Source: Candidatus Adlerbacteria bacterium (lineage in GTDB: Bacteria > Patescibacteriota > Minisyncoccia > Phycocordibacterales > SBAW01). Taken from it: a DNA stretch of 64,000 bases. A program made the position numbers and the translations under genes. Positions 38,318 through 49,299 of this stretch are shown in pieces. The notes under the pieces are model-generated. The model saw only the letters and a program-made list of their open reading frames with translations. It did no database searches and was not told the DNA's origin. The DNA lies in assembly GCA_903851045.1 (NCBI GenBank), contig CAINNF010000019.1, forward strand, positions 47,854 to 111,853, given 5' to 3'. Position 1 is the stretch's first letter. Every line of letters begins with the position of its first letter.

Positions 38318-38752
38318 ATGCATACATCAAAACCACTGTTGACGCCGTTTTGGCTCATCGCGGCCACTTTTATCGGTTTAGGAGACACGTTCTATCTCTC
38401 GTACTATCACCTGCTCGGGATCACGCCTGGCTGTGCGCTCAAGGGCTGTGAGATCGTGCTCAATAGTCCGTACGCGACCCCGCTGGGCGTGCCGATGGCG
38501 TATCTCGGTGTCATCTTTTATGCGTTCGTGTTCTTTCTCGGCATGCTCCTGGCTATCGACCCCAAGTCGCTGGGCCTGCGTCTGGGCGTGCTCGGGTTCA
38601 CGGCGATCGGCCTCGCGAGTTCGATCTGCTTCGAGCTTATCCAGGCGACAATCATCCATGCAATATGCATGTACTGCGCCATCTCGGCGTTCACGACGCT
38701 CGTCTTGTTCTGTATCGCGGTGTGGCACTTTCGCGCGACGCGGCAAATCTAG
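38318..38752 (+). CDS. Vitamin K epoxide reductase (VKOR) family membrane protein
   Basis: 4-5 TM; loop Cys pair (PGCALKGC) and CMYC (CxxC) at the start of the last TM. Confidence 0.65.
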   Translation: MHTSKPLLTPFWLIAATFIGLGDTFYLSYYHLLGITPGCALKGCEIVLNSPYATPLGVPMAYLGVIFYAFVFFLGMLLAIDPKSLGLRLGVLGFTAIGLASSICFELIQATIIHAICMYCAISAFTTLVLFCIAVWHFRATRQI

Positions 38753-39540
38753 CGACCGCGGATCGTCTTATAGATCTTCCATAGTACGAGGAAGAATATC
38801 ACCACAATCGCAGGGTAGAACAGGGCGATGTTGGCAACCACGTACGCAAGCGACGCACACACATAGAGCGCAAGCGTCGACACGATCAGCCACAACGTAT
38901 TGAGTATGCTGCTTGGTGCTGTTGCCGCTTTGGTGATGGCGCTCTTCGACCACTCGGTACCGTGGTCGAGTGCCTGTACGGACCTAGTGCGAAGAGAGTC
39001 GACCGTGTCGAACAGGGGGACCGTGTTGACCGCAACGCCCGGCGCGACCCGCTTAATGGTCTGCACGATCGGCTCAGATGAACCGACCGTCGTCGTCCCG
39101 ATCGTCTTGCTTTGGTCGGTCACCGCGGTCAGAAGTGGTTGTTGCGTCAATTGGTCGGCAACGGGGGGCGCCGGCGTCTTGTCGACGAAGAAGATAGCAT
39201 CCTCACTTTCGGTCACGGTACCATCGTGGGACACGAACGCCGCGGTAACCGTGTGTTGGCCAGCCGTCGGCTTCCAGGGAACCGACACGGTCGATGCTTT
39301 CCCCGGTTGCAGAGTCACGGTAGTACTGCCGATGCCGCCCGTCTCGTCGCTAAAACGCAAGATGCCGACGAACGGCGTGTCCGAATCATCCGTCACAACC
39401 GCGTATATGAACACGGTCTGACCCTCGACGACCGTCGACTGGGACAGAAAGAGTGATTGTTTAGCGAATCCCGCCGCGCGTACCGCAAACGGCATCGACA
39501 CTACGAACAGCAAGATACCCACCATGAAGACGTTCCGCAT
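38749..39540 (-). CDS. Secreted/membrane hypothetical protein
   Basis: Signal peptide and C-terminal TM helices. Confidence 0.45.
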   Translation of the reverse strand: MRNVFMVGILLFVVSMPFAVRAAGFAKQSLFLSQSTVVEGQTVFIYAVVTDDSDTPFVGILRFSDETGGIGSTTVTLQPGKASTVSVPWKPTAGQHTVTAAFVSHDGTVTESEDAIFFVDKTPAPPVADQLTQQPLLTAVTDQSKTIGTTTVGSSEPIVQTIKRVAPGVAVNTVPLFDTVDSLRTRSVQALDHGTEWSKSAITKAATAPSSILNTLWLIVSTLALYVCASLAYVVANIALFYPAIVVIFFLVLWKIYKTIRGR

Positions 39541-39575
39541 ACTTGTAGTATATTCTACGTGCTACCATATCCAAC

Positions 39576-40496
39576 ATGCAATTGTGGAATAAGGTCCGAA
39601 ACCATTGCGTCCCAACGAAGGAGAATGCGTACCGTCCTGGCGCACTCGCCAGAACATCGATCGTTTTTTTTCTCGCGGTAACGCTTGCGGTCGAAGGTTT
39701 CTTGGTCGCAGGACTCGTCGCTCGAGAATCGGATAACTCCTTCCTCTCGGCAGTCATCGCGAGTGACGTCGTTACGCTCACGAACGCACACCGCCATGAC
39801 GCCAGTCTCGGGGGTCTGCAGGAGAATACGCTTCTCGACGACGCCGCGCAGGCGAAGGCGCTCGATATGGCGAGCCGAGGATACTTTTCGCACGTCGCAC
39901 CAGATGGTACGTTACCGTGGACTTGGATCACATCGGCAGGATACGACTACCAATATGCGGGAGAGAATCTCGCCGTGCGCTTTAACGATGCGACGAACGT
40001 CGTCAACGCATGGATGGCATCGCCCACACATCGAGAGAACATCTTGAAACCAGCGTACACACAGATCGGTGTCGGGGTCGCGGACGGCATCTACCAGGGC
40101 CAACCCGCAACGTTCGTAGTACAATTCTTCGCCACACCAAAGCAACCAGTGCCGGGGACGAACCGCGAAAATGCGGCGACTCTCATGCTTGCAGGACCGG
40201 TGCGCTCCCTCGCACTCTTGCTCGACCGGAACATACTTCACCTATTGAGCGACCCGGTACGTTTCGCGAACTGGATACTGGGGAGCGAAGCGATGCTCCT
40301 TGTAGTGCTCGTCGGTGTCGCCTTCTTTGTCCACATAGACATACAACCACGCAACATGATCGTCGGGGGTCTGGTGGTCGCCGCGATCGCGATCGTCTGC
40401 GTGGTGGCGAACGACCGTTTTCTCGGTACCCATACGACACAGACCGCAGAGGTGATCGGGTCTCTCGATGGGGAAGCCGCCACTTACCAGCAGTAG
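39576..40496 (+). CDS. CAP (SCP/PR-1-like) domain protein with C-terminal TM helices
   Basis: YFSHVAPDG...GENLA...AWMASPTHRENIL...YTQIGVG CAP-domain signature. Confidence 0.7.
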   Translation: MQLWNKVRNHCVPTKENAYRPGALARTSIVFFLAVTLAVEGFLVAGLVARESDNSFLSAVIASDVVTLTNAHRHDASLGGLQENTLLDDAAQAKALDMASRGYFSHVAPDGTLPWTWITSAGYDYQYAGENLAVRFNDATNVVNAWMASPTHRENILKPAYTQIGVGVADGIYQGQPATFVVQFFATPKQPVPGTNRENAATLMLAGPVRSLALLLDRNILHLLSDPVRFANWILGSEAMLLVVLVGVAFFVHIDIQPRNMIVGGLVVAAIAIVCVVANDRFLGTHTTQTAEVIGSLDGEAATYQQ

Positions 40497-40545
40497 CGGG
40501 GATACGGCTCTTGCTCGCACACGCACGAAGAGATAGAGTATACCC

Positions 40546-42365
<1,820 letters not shown>

Positions 42366-42430
42366 TTGCACAACACACGAAAGTGTTGTATATGTTTCAT
42401 AGACTTATCCCTAAAAAGTGAGGACGCAAC

Positions 42431-42754
42431 GTGTCTGAGTCCGAATCCTTTCAGATGACATTACTGTCTCCCGAGGCTGATACTGCGCTGAAGGAGCTTT
42501 TAAAGGAGTACCCTGGGGTGCTCTTGCAACACCGGTGTTGCCTGCTTTTTGCAAATGCCGCAGAGCCGGCAAGGATTCTTATGCAAGATCATCCTCCGGA
42601 AGTGCGCGAAGCGATCGATTCTGTCATCGCTATCGCGAAGCGATACGCACGGGCGGTGCGCGAGACTGCCACACTGCCGCCGCAGACGCAAGCGACCATC
42701 TTGGTCGGACTGCTCCTGAATCGTAGCGCACTCATGCTTATCAATGAAGAGTAG
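42431..42754 (+). CDS. Hypothetical protein (107 aa)
   Basis: GTG start with GTGAGGA RBS; followed by a terminator. Confidence 0.45.
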   Translation: MSESESFQMTLLSPEADTALKELLKEYPGVLLQHRCCLLFANAAEPARILMQDHPPEVREAIDSVIAIAKRYARAVRETATLPPQTQATILVGLLLNRSALMLINEE

Positions 42755-42762
42755 AGGCGATG

Positions 42763-42795
42763 GGGCGGCGCGCAGCGATGCAGCCGCCCTTTTTC
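42763..42795 (+). terminator. Rho-independent terminator (GGGCGGC...GCCGCCC plus TTTTT)
   Basis: Its 3' 25 nt gcagccgccctttttcatatttg are repeated exactly at 43923-43947. Confidence 0.7.
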
Positions 42796-42806
42796 ATATT
42801 TGAATA

Positions 42807-42829
42807 CTAACGCAGTCAGACTACGTTAG
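42807..42829. repeat. REP family B, forward copy
   Basis: ctaacgcagtcagactacgttag, identical to 42344-42365. Confidence 0.8.
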
Positions 42830-42845
42830 TTTGAGTAATGACTAG

Positions 42846-42867
42846 CCAACGCAGTCTGACTGCGTTA
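42846..42867. repeat. REP family B variant (perfect palindrome AACGCAGTCTGACTGCGTT), inverted orientation
   Basis: 20 nt downstream of the previous copy, forming a REP doublet upstream of RAYT-2. Confidence 0.7.
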
Positions 42868-42878
42868 TATTTCCGCGC

Positions 42879-43562
42879 ATGAGGGTAGAGCCGTACTCGA
42901 TAGGATCATATTTACATATAGTCAAACGCGGAGCTCGCGGTATGGCTATTGTCGGTAATGATGCGGACCGTTGGCGCTTTTTGAAATTATTGTTGTATAT
43001 GAATGACGTCTATTTGGACGAAAACTGGGAGCAGACGGTCGGCACCATGGGCTTTCTTGAGCGCCCTGATTTTTGGCCCGAGCGCGAACCGTTAGTACAC
43101 ATCCTTGCGTTCACACTTATGACAAACCACTTGCACCTGCTCGTAAAAGAAATTCGGCAAGGGGGAGTCTCTCTTTTTATGAAAAGACTCGGGCAGAGTA
43201 TGACGAACCATCACAATGGAAAGCATAAGCAGAGTGGAAGTTTATTTCAGGGATCGTTTCGTAGCAAGACCATCGATTCGGATGAGTATCTTCGATATGT
43301 AGCTGCATACGTGATGGTAAAAAATACATTCGAATTATTCTCAAACATTGATTTTGCAAAAAATATTTACGATTTCGAATCAGCGTGGGAGTGGGCGACA
43401 ACTTACCCATTTTCGAGCTTAGGAGAGTACGCAAACATACGAACTCATCCAATTGTGGAAAAAGATGTTTTGGGCGAGATTTACACTGACCCAATAATCT
43501 TCAAAAGCTTCTCCAAAGAGGTCCTCCTCGGGGGTGAGTGGAAGCAGTTCGAGTTTGAATAA
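42879..43562 (+). CDS. REP-associated tyrosine transposase (RAYT), copy 2
   Basis: YHIVKRG...AFTLMTNHLHLLV (HuH)...GSLFQGSFRSK...YVAAYVMVKN; paralog of 19143-19823; flanked by inverted REP-B copies. Confidence 0.75.
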   Translation: MRVEPYSIGSYLHIVKRGARGMAIVGNDADRWRFLKLLLYMNDVYLDENWEQTVGTMGFLERPDFWPEREPLVHILAFTLMTNHLHLLVKEIRQGGVSLFMKRLGQSMTNHHNGKHKQSGSLFQGSFRSKTIDSDEYLRYVAAYVMVKNTFELFSNIDFAKNIYDFESAWEWATTYPFSSLGEYANIRTHPIVEKDVLGEIYTDPIIFKSFSKEVLLGGEWKQFEFE

Positions 43563-43585
43563 ACTAACGTAGTCTGACTGCGTTA
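43563..43585. repeat. REP family B, reverse-complement copy immediately after the RAYT-2 stop
   Basis: ctaacgtagtctgactgcgttag is the exact reverse complement of the 42807 copy. Confidence 0.8.
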
Positions 43586-43671
43586 GTGACAAAGACTTGC
43601 GATAATTGTCAAATTGTGAAAACTTATGGCACAGGAGCACGATGGTTGTGTTTGGTGAAAGGGGATAAGAA

Positions 43672-43905
43672 ATGGGTGGCACTCGGACTGGTTCAAGAGG
43701 TCAGCGCCAGGTATTGGTAAACACGACTCCAAGCGGAGAAGGTTATCAAACCCGACCAACAATGAGATGGGTCGATGCAGATGAGGCAGAGGCAGCGGAG
43801 AGGAGTGGTCGTACACCCAGAGGAGTAGAGGATGGATGCTGCAAGACGTGTGGCTGGCATCTAGGCGGAGAAAACTACTGCGAACGTTGCATGGGCGTCG
43901 GATAA
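43672..43905 (+). CDS. Small Cys-rich (zinc-ribbon-like) hypothetical protein
   Basis: CCKTCGWHLGGENYCERC; AAAGGGG RBS. Confidence 0.4.
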   Translation: MGGTRTGSRGQRQVLVNTTPSGEGYQTRPTMRWVDADEAEAAERSGRTPRGVEDGCCKTCGWHLGGENYCERCMGVG

Positions 43906-43910
43906 GTGCG

Positions 43911-43940
43911 GGGGCGGTTGTTACGGCAGCCGCCCTTTTT
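43911..43940 (+). terminator. Rho-independent terminator sharing its 3' 25 nt with the 42763 terminator
   Basis: GGGCGGttgttacggcaGCCGCCC plus TTTTT. Confidence 0.7.
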
Positions 43941-43965
43941 CATATTTGGCCATATCTGGTAGAGT

Positions 43966-46257
43966 GTGTCTATGAAGCTGACTTTAGAGTCGAACTATGC
44001 GCCGGCGGGGGATCAGCCTAAGGCCATTGCCGAGCTTATCGCGGGGATCGAGCGCGGGGAGCGACACCAGACGCTGCTTGGCGTGACCGGGTCGGGCAAG
44101 ACCTTCACGGGTGCTAATGTTATCGCGCATGTCGGCAAGCCGACGCTCGTCATCGCGCACAACAAGACTCTGGCGGCGCAGCTCGCGCAGGAGTATCGCG
44201 AATTCTTTCCCAACAACGCGGTGCATTATTTCGTCTCATACTACGACTACTATCAGCCAGAGGCGTACATCCCGACGTCGGACACCTACATCGAGAAGGA
44301 GGCACAGATCAACGAGGAGATAGACCGACTGCGCCACGCATCGACTCAAGCTCTGTTGTCGCGCGAGGATGTGATCATCGTCGCGTCGGTGTCGTGCATC
44401 TATGCGCTTGGTTCGCCCGAAGAGTATCGCAAGGTACACCTCGAACTACGACCGGGGATGCAGAAGAATCGTGCCGAACTTGTCCGCGAACTGATTAGTG
44501 TCTACTTCGAGCGCACCAACGCGGACCTCACGCCTGGCACCTTTCGTGCGCTCGGGAACGCGGTGGAGATCATGCCGACCGGCGAGCGTATTTTGTATCG
44601 AGTGGAATTTCTTGGTGAGGTTGTCGACCGCGTCCGTGTCATCGACGCGACTACACGTGCAGAAGTTGGAGAGATCGGCGGTGCCGCGACGGCCGGCGGC
44701 GCGTTGGATTTCGCAGCGTCCCCGCGAAGACCTGCAGCGGAGAAATTCAATGCGCCGCCGGCCGCTCCTGATTCCTTGTTTTTGTTCCCTGCAAAGCACT
44801 ATGTGACACCGGAGGATGAGCGCGGGCGGGCGATCGAGGATATCAAGATCGAACTGAAGGAACAGCTCGCACGATTCGAGCGCGCGGGCAAGATGCTCGA
44901 GGCGGAGCGATTGAAACGTCGCACCAACCACGACCTCGCGCTTATCCGCGAGATGGGCTACTGCAGCGGTATCGAGAACTACTCGCGTCACTTCGACGGA
45001 CGCAAGCCAGGACAACCGCCGTTCTCGCTGCTTGAATATTTTCCTCACACGTCGGATGGTAAGCCCGACTTTCTCACCATCATCGACGAGTCTCATGTGA
45101 CGGTGCCGCAGATCGGCGGCATGTACGCAGGCGACCGCGCACGCAAGGAAAATCTTATCGACTTCGGCTTTCGCTTGCCTTCAGCTATCGACAATCGTCC
45201 GCTGAAGTTCGACGAGTTCGAGGCGCGCGTCGGCCAGGTCATCTACACCTCTGCGACGCCGGGCGTCTATGAACGTGAGAAGAGCGGGAAGAATGTCATC
45301 GAACAGATCATCCGCCCGACTGGGTTGGTAGACCCTGAAATTATTGTACGACCAGTCACAGGAGGCACAGTGGCGATAGCTTCTGTAGCGTCAACAACGG
45401 GCCCAGCGGAAGAAGGTGTCGCCACTGTGCCTCCACACAACAAGGCCAGCGAGGAAGTGCTTTCCTCCGCTGCAGGTCATCACGGGGACGCTGCAGAAAG
45501 CACTTACTCGCCGGCCACCACCGGTTTAGGGCAAGTCCAAGATTTTCTCGAAGAAGCAGACAAGGTTATCGCGCATGGTGGCCGAATTTTGGTGACGACA
45601 CTCACCAAGAAGATGGCAGAAGATCTGTCCGAGTATTTGAAGGATCGAAAAATTAAGGCAGCGTATTTGCATAGCGATGTCGAGACCTTGGAGCGCATTA
45701 CGACGCTCACCGAGCTGCGCAAAGGCTCGTTCGATGTGCTCGTGGGCGTCAATCTCCTGCGCGAAGGGCTCGACCTGCCCGAAGTGGAGTTGGTCGCGAT
45801 ACTCGATGCCGACAAAGAGGGCTTCCTCCGCTCCGAGACGTCGCTTATCCAGACGATTGGCCGTGCCGCGCGCAACGTCGACGGACGTGTCATCCTCTAC
45901 GCCGACATACTGACGAACTCGCTTACGAAGGCGATAAGCGAGACCAACCGTCGTCGCGATATCCAACTTGCGTACAACGCCGAGCACGGCATCACGCCAA
46001 TGACGATCAAGAAGAGCATCAAAGATATCACCGAAGACCTGCGAAGCGAGCGCGGCAGGGCGGTCAACTCGCTCCTCCTCGTCGACGCCGACCTGTATCG
46101 CAAGGACCCAAAGAAGTTCATCGCCGAAAAGCGCCAGCAGATGTCGGACGCGGTGCGCGACCTCGACTTCGAGACCGCCGCGCTCATCCGCGACGAGATC
46201 TACACCCTCACCGGCAGCGGCGTGAAGCCCAAGCGCCCCAAAAAGCAGCAACGATAA
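43966..46257 (+). CDS. uvrB: Excinuclease ABC subunit B with two low-complexity insertions
   Basis: N-terminal YAPAGDQPKAI, Walker A GVTGSGKTFT, helicase motifs, C-terminal UVR domain (DFETAALIRDEIYTL). 763 aa versus ~670 typical; insertions at about aa 225-290 and 455-525. Confidence 0.9.
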   Translation: MSMKLTLESNYAPAGDQPKAIAELIAGIERGERHQTLLGVTGSGKTFTGANVIAHVGKPTLVIAHNKTLAAQLAQEYREFFPNNAVHYFVSYYDYYQPEAYIPTSDTYIEKEAQINEEIDRLRHASTQALLSREDVIIVASVSCIYALGSPEEYRKVHLELRPGMQKNRAELVRELISVYFERTNADLTPGTFRALGNAVEIMPTGERILYRVEFLGEVVDRVRVIDATTRAEVGEIGGAATAGGALDFAASPRRPAAEKFNAPPAAPDSLFLFPAKHYVTPEDERGRAIEDIKIELKEQLARFERAGKMLEAERLKRRTNHDLALIREMGYCSGIENYSRHFDGRKPGQPPFSLLEYFPHTSDGKPDFLTIIDESHVTVPQIGGMYAGDRARKENLIDFGFRLPSAIDNRPLKFDEFEARVGQVIYTSATPGVYEREKSGKNVIEQIIRPTGLVDPEIIVRPVTGGTVAIASVASTTGPAEEGVATVPPHNKASEEVLSSAAGHHGDAAESTYSPATTGLGQVQDFLEEADKVIAHGGRILVTTLTKKMAEDLSEYLKDRKIKAAYLHSDVETLERITTLTELRKGSFDVLVGVNLLREGLDLPEVELVAILDADKEGFLRSETSLIQTIGRAARNVDGRVILYADILTNSLTKAISETNRRRDIQLAYNAEHGITPMTIKKSIKDITEDLRSERGRAVNSLLLVDADLYRKDPKKFIAEKRQQMSDAVRDLDFETAALIRDEIYTLTGSGVKPKRPKKQQR
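45366..45429 (+). repeat. Intragenic 64-nt palindromic element inside uvrB (19-nt inverted arms plus the same 26-nt core), plus orientation
   Basis: CACAGTGGCGATAGCTTCT-GTAGCGTCAACAACGGGCCCAGCGGA-AGAAGGTGTCGCCACTGTG; the arms differ from the tgt copy but stay self-complementary. Confidence 0.8.
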
Positions 46258-46302
46258 GATACGGGACGAAGTGGGGTTTTTGTGTTATACTTTCCCTCCA
46301 CT

Positions 46303-48885
46303 ATGGCCGAAGAGTTTATCCACATCAAGGGTGCCAAAACGCACAATCTCAAGAATATCTCGCTGACACTGCCGCGCGGCAAGATGGTGATATTCACAGG
46401 GCTTTCCGGTAGCGGGAAGTCGTCTTTGGCGTTCGACACCATCTTCGCCGAGGGTCAGCGTCGCTACATCGAGTCGCTCTCGGCCTACGCGCGCCAATTC
46501 TTGCGCCAGATGCAGAAGCCGGACGTCGAGGAGATCACTGGTCTTTCGCCCGCCATTTCCATCGACCAAAAGAGCCGCTCCAACAATCCGCGCTCGACGG
46601 TCGCGACCATCACCGAGATCTATGACTACCTACGTATTCTGTATGCGCGCGTCGGCAAACCGCATTGTCTCGAGTGCGGTCGCGAGATTAAGAAGCACAG
46701 CAACGAAGAGATCATTCACAGCATCGTCGAGAGCGTGTCGAAACTCGCTCCGAAGAAGACCCGAACGGTAATGGGTGTCGACATCAACGACGACGTCGTG
46801 CGCATCTACGCCCCGGTCGTCGTGGGCCGCAAAGGGGAGTACTACCAACTCCTGTACGATCTACTCGGAAAAGGGTTCGAAAAAGTGAAGGTGGACGGCA
46901 AGGAGATGAGTCTGCGCGAACAGATCATCCTTTCAAAGAACAAAAAACACACCATCGACGCGCTCGTGGACGAGATCCTGATCGCCGACTTCTCTCGTGC
47001 GAAGCAGGCGGCTATGGAGCGTCTGTCCGAAGCGGTGGAGCGAGCACTGCAGGAGTCCGAAGGTTTGGTGAAGGTCGAAGATCACTCTGGCGAGCGACTC
47101 GTGTCGGCGAAGTTTATGTGTGCGTACGACGGATTCTCCTTCCCTGAGGTCGAGCCACGTCTCTTCTCCTTCAACTCACCCTATGGCGCATGCCCGGCCT
47201 GCAACGGTCTCGGCACCAAACACCTCTTTAGTGATGACCCATGCCCGGTATGCCACGGTGCGCGTCTGCGACCAGAGGCGCTCAGTGTGTATGTTGGAGA
47301 TAAAAAAAATATCGTCGACATAACAAAGCTCTCCATCAAAGAAGCTCACGACTTTTTTACAGCACTCTCGCTTTCGAAAAAAGACCAAGAGATATCCAAG
47401 ACGGTCATCAAGGAGATCACCGCACGCCTAAAGTTCATGCTCGACGTCGGGCTCGACTATCTGACGCTGGAGCGCCGCGCCAACACGCTCTCGGGCGGTG
47501 AGGCACAGCGTATCCGTCTCGCATCACAACTCGGTAGCGGCCTTGTCGGCGCACTCTATGTGCTCGACGAGCCGACCATCGGGCTCCACCAACGCGACAA
47601 CGAGCGACTCATCAAGACGCTCGTGAATTTGCGTGACCTCGGCAACACCATCATCGTCGTCGAACACGACGAGGACACTATCTACGCGGGCGACTACATC
47701 GTCGACATCGGCCCGGGCGCGGGTGTGCATGGCGGTCATATCGTCGTCGCGGATTATCTCGAGAAACTGCTGACCGCGAAAAGGAACGACAGTGGCTCGG
47801 TGACGCTCGCATACTTGCGTGGCGAGAAGGCGGTACCGATCCCCGAGACGCGGCGTAACAAGGACAAGGGTTCGATACAGATTATCGGTGGTCGCGCGTT
47901 CAATATCAAGAATCTCAATGCAGAGGTACCGCTCGGGCGCATGGTGGCTATCACTGGCGTCTCCGGTTCGGGGAAGTCGACCTTTCTCTATGAAATTTTG
48001 TACGAGAATCTACGCGCACGCTTCGACAAACGCTACCGCACGAACGAAATATTTAACGCCACCAAGGTGAGCGGGATGGAGCAGCTCAGCCGTGCCATAC
48101 TCATCGACCAGTCGCCGATCGGTCGTACGCCGCGCTCCAACCCCGCGACCTATACCGGCTCCTTTACGTTCATACGCGACCTCTTCGCCTCGACGACCGA
48201 GGCTCGCGCGCGCGGATGGAAGGCATCACGATTCTCCTTCAACGTACCGCAGACACGCTCGGGCGGGCGCTGTGAGGCGTGCGAGGGCAACGGCGTCATC
48301 GCGGTGGAGATGCACTTCTTGCCGACCGTGTACGTCACCTGCGATATTTGCAATGGCAAGCGATTCATGAAGGAGACGCTCGAAGTGAAGTATAAAAAGA
48401 AAAATATTTATGATGTGCTAGAGATGACGGTCGAGGAGGCACTTGAGTTCTTCCATGATATCCCGGCAATCCACGATCGACTCAAGACCTTGGGCGAAGT
48501 GGGGCTCGGCTACCTGAAACTCGGCCAAAGCGCGACGACGCTCTCGGGCGGCGAGGCACAGCGCACCAAGATCGCCGCCGAACTCTACCGCCCGCACCTC
48601 CAAAAGACGATTTATCTGCTCGACGAACCAACGGTCGGACTCCACTACGAGGACGTGCAGAAGTTGATCGACATCCTCAACCGCCTCGTGGTAGCGGGCA
48701 ACTCAGTTGTACTTATCGAGCACAACATGGACATCATCAAGAGTGCTGACTATATCCTCGACTTCGGCCCCGAGGGGGGTGTTGGCGGCGGCACACTGGT
48801 CGCGAAGGGTACTCCCGAAGAGGTTGCGAACAACAAACATTCTCACACCGGCAAATACCTCAAACGTGTGTTGAAAGGGAAGTAG
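46303..48885 (+). CDS. uvrA: Excinuclease ABC subunit A (compact, ~860 aa)
   Basis: Two ABC modules (GLSGSGKSSLAFDTIFAEGQRRY; GVSGSGKSTFLYE) and Zn-finger Cys clusters; start placed at MAEEFIHIKG. Confidence 0.9.
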   Translation: MAEEFIHIKGAKTHNLKNISLTLPRGKMVIFTGLSGSGKSSLAFDTIFAEGQRRYIESLSAYARQFLRQMQKPDVEEITGLSPAISIDQKSRSNNPRSTVATITEIYDYLRILYARVGKPHCLECGREIKKHSNEEIIHSIVESVSKLAPKKTRTVMGVDINDDVVRIYAPVVVGRKGEYYQLLYDLLGKGFEKVKVDGKEMSLREQIILSKNKKHTIDALVDEILIADFSRAKQAAMERLSEAVERALQESEGLVKVEDHSGERLVSAKFMCAYDGFSFPEVEPRLFSFNSPYGACPACNGLGTKHLFSDDPCPVCHGARLRPEALSVYVGDKKNIVDITKLSIKEAHDFFTALSLSKKDQEISKTVIKEITARLKFMLDVGLDYLTLERRANTLSGGEAQRIRLASQLGSGLVGALYVLDEPTIGLHQRDNERLIKTLVNLRDLGNTIIVVEHDEDTIYAGDYIVDIGPGAGVHGGHIVVADYLEKLLTAKRNDSGSVTLAYLRGEKAVPIPETRRNKDKGSIQIIGGRAFNIKNLNAEVPLGRMVAITGVSGSGKSTFLYEILYENLRARFDKRYRTNEIFNATKVSGMEQLSRAILIDQSPIGRTPRSNPATYTGSFTFIRDLFASTTEARARGWKASRFSFNVPQTRSGGRCEACEGNGVIAVEMHFLPTVYVTCDICNGKRFMKETLEVKYKKKNIYDVLEMTVEEALEFFHDIPAIHDRLKTLGEVGLGYLKLGQSATTLSGGEAQRTKIAAELYRPHLQKTIYLLDEPTVGLHYEDVQKLIDILNRLVVAGNSVVLIEHNMDIIKSADYILDFGPEGGVGGGTLVAKGTPEEVANNKHSHTGKYLKRVLKGK

Positions 48886-48965
48886 CTTTTATTTTTTACG
48901 AATGCTACTATTAGGTCTTAGAAGCTCTCCACTGGAGCTTTGTCTCCAAAACGCAGGAGTTGCTA

Positions 48966-49235
48966 ATGGCAGCTATCCCGCTTGATGATGCTCTTGGGGC
49001 AGTCGCTAGCATTGGCCTTGAGGATTGTGGCTTGCCTGCAACTGACGCTTCAAGTCGCAAATACAATCCACAGATATACGTTGTTCGGCGCGAATGGGCC
49101 TGGAAGAAGCGTCCGGGAGGGTGGCTTGTGACTCCAGGGCCAGAAATTCGTGAACTCGCGCCGATTGGCATGTATCCTCTTGCTGATGTGTTGGCGGCAA
49201 TGCGCGGTCAACCAAAACAGCGTGTGCCCTCCTAG
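48966..49235 (+). CDS. Small hypothetical protein (89 aa) between uvrA and uvrC
   Basis: ATG at 48966 with GGAG RBS 6 nt upstream; the ORF ends inside the hairpin terminator at 49224-49256. Confidence 0.35.
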   Translation: MAAIPLDDALGAVASIGLEDCGLPATDASSRKYNPQIYVVRREWAWKKRPGGWLVTPGPEIRELAPIGMYPLADVLAAMRGQPKQRVPS

Positions 49236-49256
49236 TGGGGGCACCTCTCTTTTTTA
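49224..49256 (+). terminator. Putative intrinsic terminator (GTGCCC-n7-GGGCAC plus CTCTCTTTTTT)
   Basis: Short stem with T-run. Confidence 0.45.
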
Positions 49257-49299
49257 CACATGGTTGATATGCGGCCATGAGTTTGATACCATTGTCAAC

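Noticed and set aside
48886-49299. Possible structured ncRNA (RNase P RNA, 6S or SRP) in the 414-bp gap between uvrA and uvrC
   Set aside because: None of the conserved RNase P (GGAAAGUCCGG, GGGUGAAA) or SRP motifs is present on either strand. A small ORF with a GGAG RBS and a terminal hairpin explains the region better.
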